33,554 nt of DNA from Vulcanimicrobiota bacterium (lineage in GTDB: Bacteria > Vulcanimicrobiota > Vulcanimicrobiia > Vulcanimicrobiales > Vulcanimicrobiaceae). Of this stretch, positions 8,611 through 18,460 are shown in pieces; within the stretch, counting starts at the first letter, position 1, and every line of letters starts with the position of its first letter. The stretch spans positions 1 through 33,554 of the forward strand of contig JAFAIW010000140.1 in NCBI GenBank assembly GCA_019236495.1, given 5' to 3'. A program made the position numbers and the translations under genes. Below the pieces are notes generated by a model, which made no database searches, was not told the origin of the DNA, and was given only the letters and a program-made list of their open reading frames with translations.

Positions 8611-10107
8611 ATGCCCGTTCGCGTGCGATTCGCACCCTCTCCGACCGGCTTCTTGCATGTCGGCGGCGCGCGCACCGCGCTGTTCAATTGGCTCTTCGCG
8701 CGGAGTATGCGCGGCGTCTTCATCTTGCGTGTCGAAGATACCGACGTCGCGCGCGAGCGGCCGGAATTTCGCGCGGAAATTTTCAACGCGCTCAAGTGGC
8801 TCGGCCTCGATTGGGACGAAGGGCCATTGGTCGGCGGCGCCTTCGGTCCCTACACGCAACGGGAACGTTTCACGCTTTACGAAGAGGCGAAGCGCCGGCT
8901 GGTGGAGGGCGGTTTCGTCTATCCGTGCTTTTGCAGCACCCTCGAAGAGGACGAACAGCCGCGCGTGCAAGACGACGAACCGCTCGATTCGTACAGCAAG
9001 GCCGGCTCGTGCCGGTGCTTCGAGCTGAGCGCGGACCAAATCTCGAAGAAGACCGAGCACTTGGGCGCCGAGCCCGCGTTGCGCTTTCGGGTTGATGCGA
9101 AGGCGACGCACGAAGTTCGCGATTTGGTGCGCGGGCACGTGACGTTTCCGCCGGGGGAAGTCGAGGATTTCATCATAACGAAAGCCGGCGGCGGCCCGCT
9201 CTATAACTTTGCCGCCGTCGTCGACGACGCGTTGATGCAGATTTCGCACGTCATTCGCGGCGAAGAACATCTTTCGAACACGCCCAAACAAATTTTGCTC
9301 TATCGCGCGCTCGGCTACGAGCCGCCGCAATTCGCGCACCTGCCGATCCTCTTGAACAACGAACGCAAGAAACTCTCGAAACGCGACGGCGCGACCGCGG
9401 TCGGAGACTATCGCCGGCTAGGGTACCTTTCAAAGGCACTTGTCAACTTTCTGGCGCTTCTCGGGTGGTCGCCGGGAGAAGATCGCGAGATTCTGTCGAT
9501 TGACGAGATGGTAGCGCTCTTCGACTTGGAGCGGGTGCAAAAGCACGGTGCAGTTTTCGACACCGTCAAGCTGACGTGGATGAACGGCGAATACATCAAG
9601 GCGTCGAAGATCGACGCAGTGGTCGACGGGGTCTTGGAGCTGATCGAGCTCGAGCCCGACGTGGCCGACCTGCGGACGGATCGCTGGCACGTTACGGCGG
9701 TTTGCACGTTGCTGCAAGAGCGCGCCAAGACGCTGGCGGAAATCATCAAGGGCAACAAATACTTCTTTTCGCGCGAACACGCGCTGGCGTGGGATCCCGA
9801 AGCGGTGCGCAAACGTGCCGGTACACCCGAGTCGCACGGGCGGCTCGCGAGCGCCCATGAGGCGCTCCGCGCGCTCGACGATTGGACCCTCGCGGATTGC
9901 GAACGCGCCATTCGCGCGCTGGCGGAACGTGAAGGTGCGAAAGCGGCCGAGTACATCCAGCCGTTGCGCGTGGCGGTGACGGGCTATGCCGTCTCGCCCG
10001 GAATTTTCGAGACGATCGACGTCTTGGGCCGCGACATGACGCTCGGGCGCGTCGCCGCTTTTCTCAAAGCGCATCCTGCGGGACTGACCGCGGCAGCTAC
10101 TCCATAG
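8611..10107 (+). CDS. gltX: Glutamate--tRNA ligase
   Basis: MPVRVRFAPSPTGFLHVGGARTALFN (HIGH-type motif) and KLSKR motif. ATG 8611 lies 2 nt after the upstream stop. The track start 8578 would overlap the small subunit gene. Confidence 0.93.
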   Translation: MPVRVRFAPSPTGFLHVGGARTALFNWLFARSMRGVFILRVEDTDVARERPEFRAEIFNALKWLGLDWDEGPLVGGAFGPYTQRERFTLYEEAKRRLVEGGFVYPCFCSTLEEDEQPRVQDDEPLDSYSKAGSCRCFELSADQISKKTEHLGAEPALRFRVDAKATHEVRDLVRGHVTFPPGEVEDFIITKAGGGPLYNFAAVVDDALMQISHVIRGEEHLSNTPKQILLYRALGYEPPQFAHLPILLNNERKKLSKRDGATAVGDYRRLGYLSKALVNFLALLGWSPGEDREILSIDEMVALFDLERVQKHGAVFDTVKLTWMNGEYIKASKIDAVVDGVLELIELEPDVADLRTDRWHVTAVCTLLQERAKTLAEIIKGNKYFFSREHALAWDPEAVRKRAGTPESHGRLASAHEALRALDDWTLADCERAIRALAEREGAKAAEYIQPLRVAVTGYAVSPGIFETIDVLGRDMTLGRVAAFLKAHPAGLTAAATP

Positions 10108-10110
10108 CCG

Positions 10111-11475
10111 ATGGCGAATCGCGAGGTTCGCGCAATTGTCCTTGCCGCCGGCAAGGGAACGCGAATGAAAAGCGCGCGCCCCAAGGTATTGCACGAACTC
10201 TGCGGGCGGCCAATGTTGTGGTACGTTCTGCGCGCGTTACGCGAGGCGGGCGTATCCGACGTTTTGGTGGTGGCAAGCCCCGATCTCGAAAAAAATATCG
10301 CTGCTCTCGGCGCGCGCAGCGTGGTCCAGCGCGAGCAGTTGGGAACGGGCCACGCGGTGCGGATCGCGCTCGATGCGATGGACGCGGGCAACGGGCCGAT
10401 CTTGATTGCGTACGGCGATATGCCGCTGGTGCCGCCGGAAATCTTTCGCGACGTTCTCGGCGGCCTGCACGATTCCGCCGCGCCGTCGCTTGCGCTCGTG
10501 ACCGTGAAGATGCCGCTCCCTTCCAATTTCGGGCGAGTCATTCGAAACGGTACGCGCGTCGAGCGCATCGTTGAAGCGCGCGACGCGACTCCCGCCGAGT
10601 TGCTCGTCGATGAGATGAATGCGGGAATCTATGCTTTCGCGGAGCCCGAGTTGCGGCATGCCGTCGCGCAGATCGACAACAAGAACGCGCAAGGCGAGTA
10701 TTACCTGACCGACACGATTTCCGGCTTAATGAGAGCGGGGAAGAGCGTGGTGCCGGTCGTTGCCGGCGACCATCTGGACGTGGTGGGCATCAACGACCGC
10801 GCGGAGCTGGCGCTCGCGCGCCGCGAGATGAACGCGCGCCTGTGCGAGCGTCACATGCGCGACGGCGTGACGATCGTCGATCCAGCCACGACGTACCTCG
10901 AACCCGAACTGAAAATCGGCGCCGACACCGTGATCTATCCGAATACGACCATCGGCCGTCTCAGCGAGGTCGGGGAGCGTTGCACGCTCGGTCCCGGCAC
11001 GCGTCTCTCGGCGGCGATCGTCGGTAACGGGTGCGTGATTCGCGAAAGCGTCGTTGCGGACAGCGAGCTCGCCGACGACGTCCACGTCGGACCCTTCGCG
11101 CACCTGCGCGAGCACGCGCGCCTCGAAGCGGGCGTGCGCATTGGGAACTTCGTCGAAGTCAAAAACTCCCGCTTGGGGCCCGGTGTGAAGGCGAATCATC
11201 TGAGCTATATCGGCGACGCGGACGTCGGGGAACGGAGCAATATCGGAGCCGGAACGATCACGTGCAATTTCGACGGAGTCCGGAAAAACAAGACGGTCAT
11301 CGGGCGCGACGTGCGCATCGGATCGAACACGATGCTGATCGCACCCGTGGAAATCGGCGACGAAGCGCTGACGGGCGCCGGGTCGGTCGTGACGAAAGAC
11401 GTCGGGCCGAAAGCGCGCGTCGCCGGAAATCCGGCGAGGCCGCTACCCGAGAAGGTGCCGCGCGAGCCTCGTTAG
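10111..11475 (+). CDS. glmU: Bifunctional GlcNAc-1-P uridyltransferase / GlcN-1-P acetyltransferase
   Basis: 454 aa. LAAGKGTRMKS motif plus C-terminal left-handed beta-helix hexapeptide repeats. Confidence 0.93.
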   Translation: MANREVRAIVLAAGKGTRMKSARPKVLHELCGRPMLWYVLRALREAGVSDVLVVASPDLEKNIAALGARSVVQREQLGTGHAVRIALDAMDAGNGPILIAYGDMPLVPPEIFRDVLGGLHDSAAPSLALVTVKMPLPSNFGRVIRNGTRVERIVEARDATPAELLVDEMNAGIYAFAEPELRHAVAQIDNKNAQGEYYLTDTISGLMRAGKSVVPVVAGDHLDVVGINDRAELALARREMNARLCERHMRDGVTIVDPATTYLEPELKIGADTVIYPNTTIGRLSEVGERCTLGPGTRLSAAIVGNGCVIRESVVADSELADDVHVGPFAHLREHARLEAGVRIGNFVEVKNSRLGPGVKANHLSYIGDADVGERSNIGAGTITCNFDGVRKNKTVIGRDVRIGSNTMLIAPVEIGDEALTGAGSVVTKDVGPKARVAGNPARPLPEKVPREPR

Positions 11476-12906
11476 GGCCTCGGCGGTGCGCGCGATGTCG
11501 TCGTCGCGCGTGCGCTGATTCGTGATACACGCACGTAGCACGCGCCTTCCGCCCAGCGTGGTGGTCGACACCACCGCCTCCCCGCTTTCTTGCAGCGCAA
11601 TCGCAAGTTCATCATTCAAGCGATCGAGTTCTTCTGGGGCGCGAGCGTCGTTGCGCATCCGGAAGCACACGATGTTCAAGTGGACGGGGGCGGCTAACTC
11701 GAAGACGCCGTGCTCAGTAAGCCTATCGGCGAGCGACTGTGCTTGGCGGCAATTCTCTTCGATGGCGTGCGCCAATCGTGCCGTGCCGAAATGGCGGATC
11801 GTGAACCAAACTTTCAACGCCCGAAATCCGCGGGACAATTCGGGACCGTAGTCGGCGAACCAGGGCCGGCCTGCGGCGGTTCCGCGCTCCATACGCGTGA
11901 CGTACGCCCCTTCGGAAGCAAAGGTCGCACGATGAACGTCGCCGTTTCGTACGATCAAGCACGCATCGTCGTACGGGACGTGCAGCCACTTGTGAAAGTC
12001 GAAAGCGATCGAATCGGCGTTCTCGATGCCGCGAAGGCGTGACCGTAGCGAATCGGAAAGCGCGATCGTCGCCCCGAACGCACCGTCGACGTGAAACCAC
12101 AAGCCTCCGTTTCGTGCGAGCTCGTGCAGCTCTTCGAGCGGGTCGATTGCCCCCGCGTCGACGGTTCCGGCGGTCGCGATCAGCATGAAGGGCGTGCGTC
12201 CCGCGCCGCGATCTTGTGCGATCGCTTCGCGTACACGATTCGGATCGAGGCGGCCCTGCGCATCGACGGGCAAGATGCGCAGAGCGTTCGCGCCGAGCCC
12301 GCTCAATTCGAACGCTTGCGCGATGCAGCCATGTGCCGCTTCCGATGTGTACGCCGTGAGTCCCGGCGCCGCGCCGATTCCCGTATCGCGAACGGCCCGC
12401 CCGCTTGCGGCCGTCCGCGCGATCGACACCGCCAAAAAGTTTGCGAGCGAGGTGCCCGTCGTGAGAATCCCCGATGCGCCTTCCGGAAACGCGAAGAGGT
12501 CGCAGAACCAGCGGATCACTTGACGCTCGACGTAGACCGCCGCGTGATGTCGTCCGCCGACGTTTGAATTCATCACCGCCGCGAAGAGGTCTGCGAGCGC
12601 TCCTGCCGGCGTTCCGCTGCCGTGAACCCAGCCGAAAAATCGCGGGTGTACGTTCCCGGTTGGATAGGGAAGAATGTCGCGCCGGAAATCTTCGAAGACG
12701 CGCTCGAGCGCTGCGCCCTCGCGCGGCATCGGAGATTTTAGCCGCTCGATAACCTCGGGCGGGGGTTCGCGCCACGCCGGCTCATCGCGCACGTTCTCCA
12801 ACTGCTCGAATACAACGTCGAGCATGCGATGCGCGTCTGCGCGAAAGCGCTCCCAGTCAGCGGGGTCCAGCAATGCGCTTGTCGACCATCGCTTCGACGG
12901 CCGCAA
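11443..12906 (-). CDS. Group II pyridoxal-dependent decarboxylase (aromatic amino acid / glutamate decarboxylase family)
   Basis: 487 aa. HPRFFGWVHGSGTP and PLP-lysine context FDFHKWLHVPY. Start is TTG 12906 or TTG 12873; both overlap the upstream ATP-grasp gene. 3' end overlaps the convergent glmU by 33 nt. Confidence 0.85.
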   Translation of the reverse strand: MRPSKRWSTSALLDPADWERFRADAHRMLDVVFEQLENVRDEPAWREPPPEVIERLKSPMPREGAALERVFEDFRRDILPYPTGNVHPRFFGWVHGSGTPAGALADLFAAVMNSNVGGRHHAAVYVERQVIRWFCDLFAFPEGASGILTTGTSLANFLAVSIARTAASGRAVRDTGIGAAPGLTAYTSEAAHGCIAQAFELSGLGANALRILPVDAQGRLDPNRVREAIAQDRGAGRTPFMLIATAGTVDAGAIDPLEELHELARNGGLWFHVDGAFGATIALSDSLRSRLRGIENADSIAFDFHKWLHVPYDDACLIVRNGDVHRATFASEGAYVTRMERGTAAGRPWFADYGPELSRGFRALKVWFTIRHFGTARLAHAIEENCRQAQSLADRLTEHGVFELAAPVHLNIVCFRMRNDARAPEELDRLNDELAIALQESGEAVVSTTTLGGRRVLRACITNQRTRDDDIARTAEALTRLARHLLG

Positions 12907-14227
12907 AGATGCGCGGGACGTGTTCGTGCTTGTAGGCGAAAAGCTCGACGGGATCGATCACGTGCACGATGACGGCCGGATCTGCTTCGAAGATCACCAA
13001 TCGCCCGTCTTTGTCGATCGAACAGTCGATGGCAAAGTATTGCAGCCCGAGCGCCCGCGCGATATCTTGGAGCACCGCTCGCTGCTTCACGTTGAACACT
13101 TCGTCGAACGACGCGAGGAACTGTCGTTCCTCCGCGCGCATCCATTCGTGTTCGCGCATCGGCGCATTGTAGTAATGGATCATCCAATTCGCCGAAATCC
13201 CCAGATGAAACGGGAAGGGCTGTCCGTCGATCATGACGATCCGGTACTTTCGGTAGAACCCGTCGCTCCGCGCGTAGTCGACGAAATCCGAAACGAAAAA
13301 TTCGCCGGCCTTCTCTCCCGCAAGGTACGTCTTCAGCTCCTCGTCGCTTTCGATCTTGCTCAGCGAACGGCCGGCGTGCGAGCCGACCGGGCGAATGATG
13401 AATGGAAAATCGAGGGGTAAGGGACGGCGCACCAAGTCCCCGCGCGCGACGCGTTTCGTGCGCGGTACGTTCGCATCGACGTACTCGAGGTATTGCTGGA
13501 GCTGCAAGCGGCCGGTTCGCAAGACCGAATCGGGATCGTTCAAAACCGGCTTCTTTTGCGACGCAATGAACGCTTTGGCGGCCATCAGGGCCGGGCCGGC
13601 CTCGTCCGATTCGCCGATGCAATTGAAGACGACATCGTAAGGCGGCAGATCCTCCGGCGGCACGATTTGACGATCGATGATGTAGAACTTGTGCAGCGTC
13701 GTCGTCTCAGCGTTGAAGAGCAGATCCACCGGAATGTTCGCTTGCCAATCGCCGGGACGCAGCAACGCGAGCACGCGTCGCCGCTCCTGGGGTGCGATGG
13801 TGCTGTACAGGCGCTGTTGCTGCAACGCTCGTTCTTGATACTCCAGCGCGGCGGTTCGATCGCCGCGAACTTGCGCGAGTTCGTACATCGAAAGCAGTGC
13901 GGGCACGAACGTCGGGCGCAGCTGAAGCGCCGCCTGGAACCGGTCCTCGGCCCCCGGGTAGTCGCCTTGCCGGACGAGCGCGTTTGCAATGCCGAGATGC
14001 GCGGCCCAACAGCTCGGATCCAAGCGGAGGGCCTCACGATATTCCGACAACGCGCGCTCGTTCTTGCCCAAGCGATCGAGCACGGTTGCGAGGTTGTTTC
14101 GAAGCGTCGCGTCCGCAGGCTCCTGCGCCACGGCTTGCTCGAGCACCTCAAGCGCCTCATCGAAGCGCCCTTGTGCGTTGAGCGTCGCCGCCCGCTGGTT
14201 CAGGGTTTGAATGGTGGGTACTTCCAT
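12857..14227 (-). CDS. TPR-repeat protein with a C-terminal RimK/glutathione-synthetase-like ATP-grasp domain, function unknown
   Basis: 456 aa. About 4 TPR units at the N-terminus. The C-terminal half (FIIRPVGSHAGRSL..., YRKYRIVMIDGQPFPFHLGIS, YFAIDCSIDKDGRLVIFEADP) looks like an ATP-grasp fold. Confidence 0.7.
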   Translation of the reverse strand: MEVPTIQTLNQRAATLNAQGRFDEALEVLEQAVAQEPADATLRNNLATVLDRLGKNERALSEYREALRLDPSCWAAHLGIANALVRQGDYPGAEDRFQAALQLRPTFVPALLSMYELAQVRGDRTAALEYQERALQQQRLYSTIAPQERRRVLALLRPGDWQANIPVDLLFNAETTTLHKFYIIDRQIVPPEDLPPYDVVFNCIGESDEAGPALMAAKAFIASQKKPVLNDPDSVLRTGRLQLQQYLEYVDANVPRTKRVARGDLVRRPLPLDFPFIIRPVGSHAGRSLSKIESDEELKTYLAGEKAGEFFVSDFVDYARSDGFYRKYRIVMIDGQPFPFHLGISANWMIHYYNAPMREHEWMRAEERQFLASFDEVFNVKQRAVLQDIARALGLQYFAIDCSIDKDGRLVIFEADPAVIVHVIDPVELFAYKHEHVPRIFAAVEAMVDKRIAGPR

Positions 14228-14232
14228 AATTC

Positions 14233-15411
14233 GTGCAGACGGTGCTTTGGACGCTGACCGCCGTATCTTTCCTGCTTCTCGGTTACTTTACGTTTCGGTC
14301 CCGGCGCGTTCCGCGCGGAGTCCCGATCTCACCGGCGGTTCTTGAGCGGCACGAGTCCGAGGTCCTGGAGGCCGTCCGCGAATTCATTGCGGCGAGCCGC
14401 GTTTCCGCCCACGACGTCTTGCGAAGCCTCGATGCAGCGTTGCGCCGCGCAGACGCGGTGGACGCGGTGATCGTTTTCGAAATTGCGGGCAGCGAGTTGC
14501 AGGCGGTGTACACCTCGGGAGAGCGAGCAAGCTCGTTTGCGAACGTGCGGGTTCGCATCGATGGCCACGAATCGCCGGCAACGCGGGCGGCGAGCGCCGG
14601 CCATCGCATCACGCTGGGCGGGGAGGACCGGCCGCTGATCGCAAGCGATCGCTACGCGCTCGCCATGCCGTTTGATGCTTTGCCGAAGCGTTACGTCGTA
14701 CACTGCTCGGCGGCGAGGGCGCCGATCGAACGCTTCCAGATGCTCGGCGCACTGATCGAGCAATGTGCCGCGCCGTTTGCGTTGGCGCGTGACCGCGAGA
14801 CCGACCGCGAACGCGCGACGTTCGACGGACTAACGGGTCTCCTTACCCCGCGCGCATTTCGCACGATGCTCGCCGAAGAGATCTCCACCGCGGCGTGGCG
14901 CGCTCCCGTTCGCCTTGCGTTGTGGTTCGTGGATACGGACCACTTCAAACGCGTCAACGATACGCGCGGGCACGCCGCCGGAGACGTCGTGCTCGCGCGC
15001 ATGGCGGCCCTTCTCAACGAGCATGCGATTCCACACCACGACCAAGTCGCGCGGAACGGCGGCGACGAATTCTGCGCGGTCTTGCGGGGCGCGTCGAAAA
15101 GCACCGCGATCCTCCGCGCGCAGGCATTTTGCAACGCGGTCCGCGCGACCGACTTCGGCGCAGAGGTGGCGATTACGGCCAGCGTAGGGGTTGCTGCATA
15201 TCCGGTCGACGCTTCGAGTGCCAACGAACTGCTCGAAATCGCGGACGGAGCGATGTACCACAGCAAGCGCACCGGACGCGACGGCGTTTCGTACGCCGCG
15301 GGTCAGGGCAGGTTCGAGCGGTTTGCAGATCAGCGTAGTCCGATTCCGCGTGCCATCAGTGTCGCACATAGCGGAATGAAACACAGCACGACTAATTCGG
15401 CCATGATGTAA
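14233..15411 (+). CDS. Membrane-anchored diguanylate cyclase (N-terminal TM helix, putative sensor region, GGDEF domain)
   Basis: 392 aa. FDGLTGLLTPRAF, DTDHFKRVNDTRGHAAGD and intact NGGDEF. Start is GTG 14233 or GTG 14242. Confidence 0.88.
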   Translation: MQTVLWTLTAVSFLLLGYFTFRSRRVPRGVPISPAVLERHESEVLEAVREFIAASRVSAHDVLRSLDAALRRADAVDAVIVFEIAGSELQAVYTSGERASSFANVRVRIDGHESPATRAASAGHRITLGGEDRPLIASDRYALAMPFDALPKRYVVHCSAARAPIERFQMLGALIEQCAAPFALARDRETDRERATFDGLTGLLTPRAFRTMLAEEISTAAWRAPVRLALWFVDTDHFKRVNDTRGHAAGDVVLARMAALLNEHAIPHHDQVARNGGDEFCAVLRGASKSTAILRAQAFCNAVRATDFGAEVAITASVGVAAYPVDASSANELLEIADGAMYHSKRTGRDGVSYAAGQGRFERFADQRSPIPRAISVAHSGMKHSTTNSAMM

Positions 15412-15794
15412 CCACGGATTCGCCGATGTTCCTCGGGCGATACGGTCACGGAGCCGTCGGCTTCGAGCGAGCGATTCCAGCGCAAGAACGAGCGAGTAGG
15501 TACGATCGAAAGCAATCCTATGATCGCGAACAGGCCCATCTTCGTCCAAAAAATCGGATTGCCGGCGTAAAAGCCCGGCCCTTGCGGCGACGTGAATAGG
15601 CGCGTCAAACCGGTTGCGACCACCGCGATCGCGGCAAAGAGAAAGAAGAGATCCAGGCGTTGGATGCGTCGCACGTAGGGCGCCGAAATGTGCGGAGCGT
15701 ACAGCAACAGTTCCGCAACGATCGACGCGGCCAGCGCGAAGATCGCCAAGAAATGTAGCGTGGCGAAAACGGCGTTCAAAACGGACGAAGGCAT
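15330..15794 (-). CDS. Small polytopic membrane protein (DUF2214-like)
   Basis: 154 aa with four predicted hydrophobic helices. The family assignment is from memory only. 3' end overlaps the convergent GGDEF gene by 82 nt. Confidence 0.65.
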   Translation of the reverse strand: MPSSVLNAVFATLHFLAIFALAASIVAELLLYAPHISAPYVRRIQRLDLFFLFAAIAVVATGLTRLFTSPQGPGFYAGNPIFWTKMGLFAIIGLLSIVPTRSFLRWNRSLEADGSVTVSPEEHRRIRGYIMAELVVLCFIPLCATLMARGIGLR

Positions 15795-15874
15795 AGTGCT
15801 CTCTCTCCTGAAACTACTCCATTGACCGGAGCCGCTAGGCTCTCCCGCTCGCTTTCCTGGAGTCGAAAACGCGC

Positions 15875-16510
15875 ATGACGTGTCGATTGGTTTGGGTTAC
15901 GCCGGATGCCGAACGCCTAATGGGCTATTGCGCGCGCGTGAGCAATCCGGAAAACCAGGACAATCCCGATGTCGCGAAGCTCTTGCGGTACTGCATCAAG
16001 AATGGGCATTGGTCCGTCTTCGAGATGGCCGACCTCTGCATCGAAATCCACACCACGCGCGGAATCTCAGCGCAGATCATCCGGCATCGTTCGATGCACT
16101 TTCAAGAATTCAGCTTGCGCTATGCGCCCGTTCAAAGCATCGAGCGCGTAAAACCGCGACGTCAGGATAGTAAGAACCGGCAGTCCTCGCACGACGATTT
16201 GCCGCCGGAGACGATCGCTTGGTTCGAAGAGGCGCAAACGCGCCACTTCGACGAAGCGCTCGCCCTCTACGAAGAGGCGCTCGCAAAAGGAATTGCCAAA
16301 GAATCCGCGCGCTTCTTATTGCCGCTTGCGGCCAGTACGACATTATACATGAAGGGCACGGTACGCGACTGGATTCACTATATCAATTTGCGAACGGACC
16401 CGAGCACGCAGTTCGAGCACCGGGAGATCGCGCTTGCGTGTAAGGAAATATTCGTCGAACAGTTGCCGATCGTTTCGAGCGCGCTCGGCTGGGTCGAGAT
16501 ACCTGCGTAG
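15875..16510 (+). CDS. thyX: FAD-dependent thymidylate synthase
   Basis: 211 aa. ThyX signature [14 protein letters not shown] (RHRxxSxxxxSxRY). Confidence 0.92.
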   Translation: MTCRLVWVTPDAERLMGYCARVSNPENQDNPDVAKLLRYCIKNGHWSVFEMADLCIEIHTTRGISAQIIRHRSMHFQEFSLRYAPVQSIERVKPRRQDSKNRQSSHDDLPPETIAWFEEAQTRHFDEALALYEEALAKGIAKESARFLLPLAASTTLYMKGTVRDWIHYINLRTDPSTQFEHREIALACKEIFVEQLPIVSSALGWVEIPA

Positions 16511-17762
16511 CGTCACGCTTGCCGGCTTGCTGGCCGTTTTGTTGCTTTCCGGTGCCGGCGCGGCCCGCGCCGCGCAAAGCGCCCCGAGCGCAATCGACGC
16601 GCGCGTTACTGCGATTCCGGCCGCCCGTCTTCTCTCGCAACCGCCCGCAACGTTGGTGGATCCGGCACGGCAACGCGCCGCATACTTCCTTGCGCGCAAT
16701 ACGCGCCCCGCGTGGATCGCCTGGATCGGCTTCCAGATCGTGGCCTTTTCGTGGTTGTGGACGTCGGGCGGCGCGGCGCGCTTGCGCGACCTGATCGTTC
16801 GCGCGGTTCGGCGTCCCCCGCTCGTCCGGTTTACCTTCGGGGCGGCGCTCACGCTCGTCGGGGCGGCCGCCGCGCTGCCGGCGCAATTCTACGATTACCG
16901 GATCCTGCGCGTCATGGGGCTTTCTACCGAACGCTTTGGTCCGTGGCTCGGCGATTGGGCGATTTCGACGTTGCTCGAGATGATCGGCGTCGGAGCGGTG
17001 ATCGCGGTGGTTTTGTGGCTCGTGCAACGCACCCGTTTGTGGTGGATCTACACGATGGCGGGTGTTTTACTCGTGACGTTGTTTCTGTCGTTGATTTATC
17101 CCATCGTTGTGGAGCCGATCTTCAATCACTTTACGCCGCTTCCGCCGGATCGGCCGCTGGCGCAGCGGATTCGCGAACTCGCACGACGCTCCGGCGAAGG
17201 TGATCCGGCGATCTACGTGAGCAATCTCTCGAGCCGCACGATTTCGGCCAACGCGTACGTGGTCGGGATCGGGCCGACCAAGCGCATCGTGCTGGGCGAT
17301 ACGCTGCTCGACGACGCAACTGAGCCGGAGGTTCTCTTTGCGGTTGCGCATGAGCTCGGACACGACGTGCGCCACGACACGCTTTGGGGATCGCTGGTCG
17401 CGGCCGGTTTCTTCATGGTCGGCATCGCGTTTGCGGTGCTCATCGCGGACCGTATCGGTTTTCGCCGAGACGACGATCCGCTGACGCGGCTGGCGCTTGT
17501 CGGCGCGCTGCTCTGCGTCGTTTACTGCGTGTTGCTGCCCTTTGCCAACGGTTATTCACGCTTCATCGAAAGCCGCGCCGACGACTTTGCGCTGGCGCAC
17601 GATCCCGATCGCGCGGCGGGTACGCGATTGTTCGTGCGTTTTGCCGACAAGAGCATGCAGATTCTGTGTCCGCCGAGGATCGTGCGGCTGTATTGGTACG
17701 ATCACCCGCCGATAGGAACGCGAATCAGCCGCGTAAACGGGCAGCCGAACCCCTGTCCTTAA
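16434..17762 (+). CDS. M48 (Ste24/HtpX-like) zinc metalloprotease, membrane bound
   Basis: [16 protein letters not shown] and HELGH motifs with multiple TM helices. TTG 16434 overlaps thyX by 77 nt, so the true start is uncertain. Confidence 0.85.
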   Translation: MRVRKYSSNSCRSFRARSAGSRYLRSVTLAGLLAVLLLSGAGAARAAQSAPSAIDARVTAIPAARLLSQPPATLVDPARQRAAYFLARNTRPAWIAWIGFQIVAFSWLWTSGGAARLRDLIVRAVRRPPLVRFTFGAALTLVGAAAALPAQFYDYRILRVMGLSTERFGPWLGDWAISTLLEMIGVGAVIAVVLWLVQRTRLWWIYTMAGVLLVTLFLSLIYPIVVEPIFNHFTPLPPDRPLAQRIRELARRSGEGDPAIYVSNLSSRTISANAYVVGIGPTKRIVLGDTLLDDATEPEVLFAVAHELGHDVRHDTLWGSLVAAGFFMVGIAFAVLIADRIGFRRDDDPLTRLALVGALLCVVYCVLLPFANGYSRFIESRADDFALAHDPDRAAGTRLFVRFADKSMQILCPPRIVRLYWYDHPPIGTRISRVNGQPNPCP

Positions 17763-18439
17763 GCGCCGAGGTAGATGCCGCCGGTGACCTGCGTTCCGAG
17801 ATGCCGCGCGGTGAGCAGCTCGACAATCGATGCATGCGCGACCCGTCCGTCGCAAATCTGCGCGGCACCGACGCCGGCCCGCACGCCCAAAGCCGCGGCT
17901 CGAATTGCGGCGCGCAAGTCCGGTGCGACGCGGGTATCGCTTGCGAGCGCCAGCGCTTCCGCCGGCGTCAGCTCGTCGATAAGCGCCGCCGTTTGCGGGT
18001 CGGGAACGCCGCCCAGCGCGTGGAAAAACACCGCGCGCACCGCATCCGTTGCCGATGCGATCGCTTGCGCTACGTCGTCGGCACAAATCTCGAGATCGTC
18101 GCTGAAAACGCCGAATGCCGTCGGTTCGATCACGGGGACGTACCCCGCCGCGGTGAGCGTTTGCAGGATGCCGGTCTGCACGGTTCCGATGCCGTCGGAG
18201 GCGCGCGGCAGCATGCCCGCATCTCGCCCCGAGAGGCCTACTGCCGCATTTCCGCCACGGTTGATCGTGCGAACGAGCGAACGTGCGGCGTGCGGATTCG
18301 GCGCGACGACGATCGGGTGCACGCGATGTTCGCTTAGGAACGCAAGGTCGGCGATCAGTGTCGTTTCGCGTGCGTGCGCCGTCTGTTCGTCGACACGCAG
18401 CACGAAGGCTTTCCCAGCGAATGCGTCCATCTGATGCAT
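17759..18439 (-). CDS. Amino-acid-kinase (ArgB-like) fold protein with degenerate catalytic motifs
   Basis: 226 aa, collinear with acetylglutamate kinase. However, KxGG is replaced by RVDEQ and HGGG by VAPNP. It is the last gene of the prs-L25-pth transcription direction. Confidence 0.6.
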   Translation of the reverse strand: MHQMDAFAGKAFVLRVDEQTAHARETTLIADLAFLSEHRVHPIVVAPNPHAARSLVRTINRGGNAAVGLSGRDAGMLPRASDGIGTVQTGILQTLTAAGYVPVIEPTAFGVFSDDLEICADDVAQAIASATDAVRAVFFHALGGVPDPQTAALIDELTPAEALALASDTRVAPDLRAAIRAAALGVRAGVGAAQICDGRVAHASIVELLTARHLGTQVTGGIYLGA

Positions 18440-18460
18440 GCTACCCGAGTTATCGGCAAA

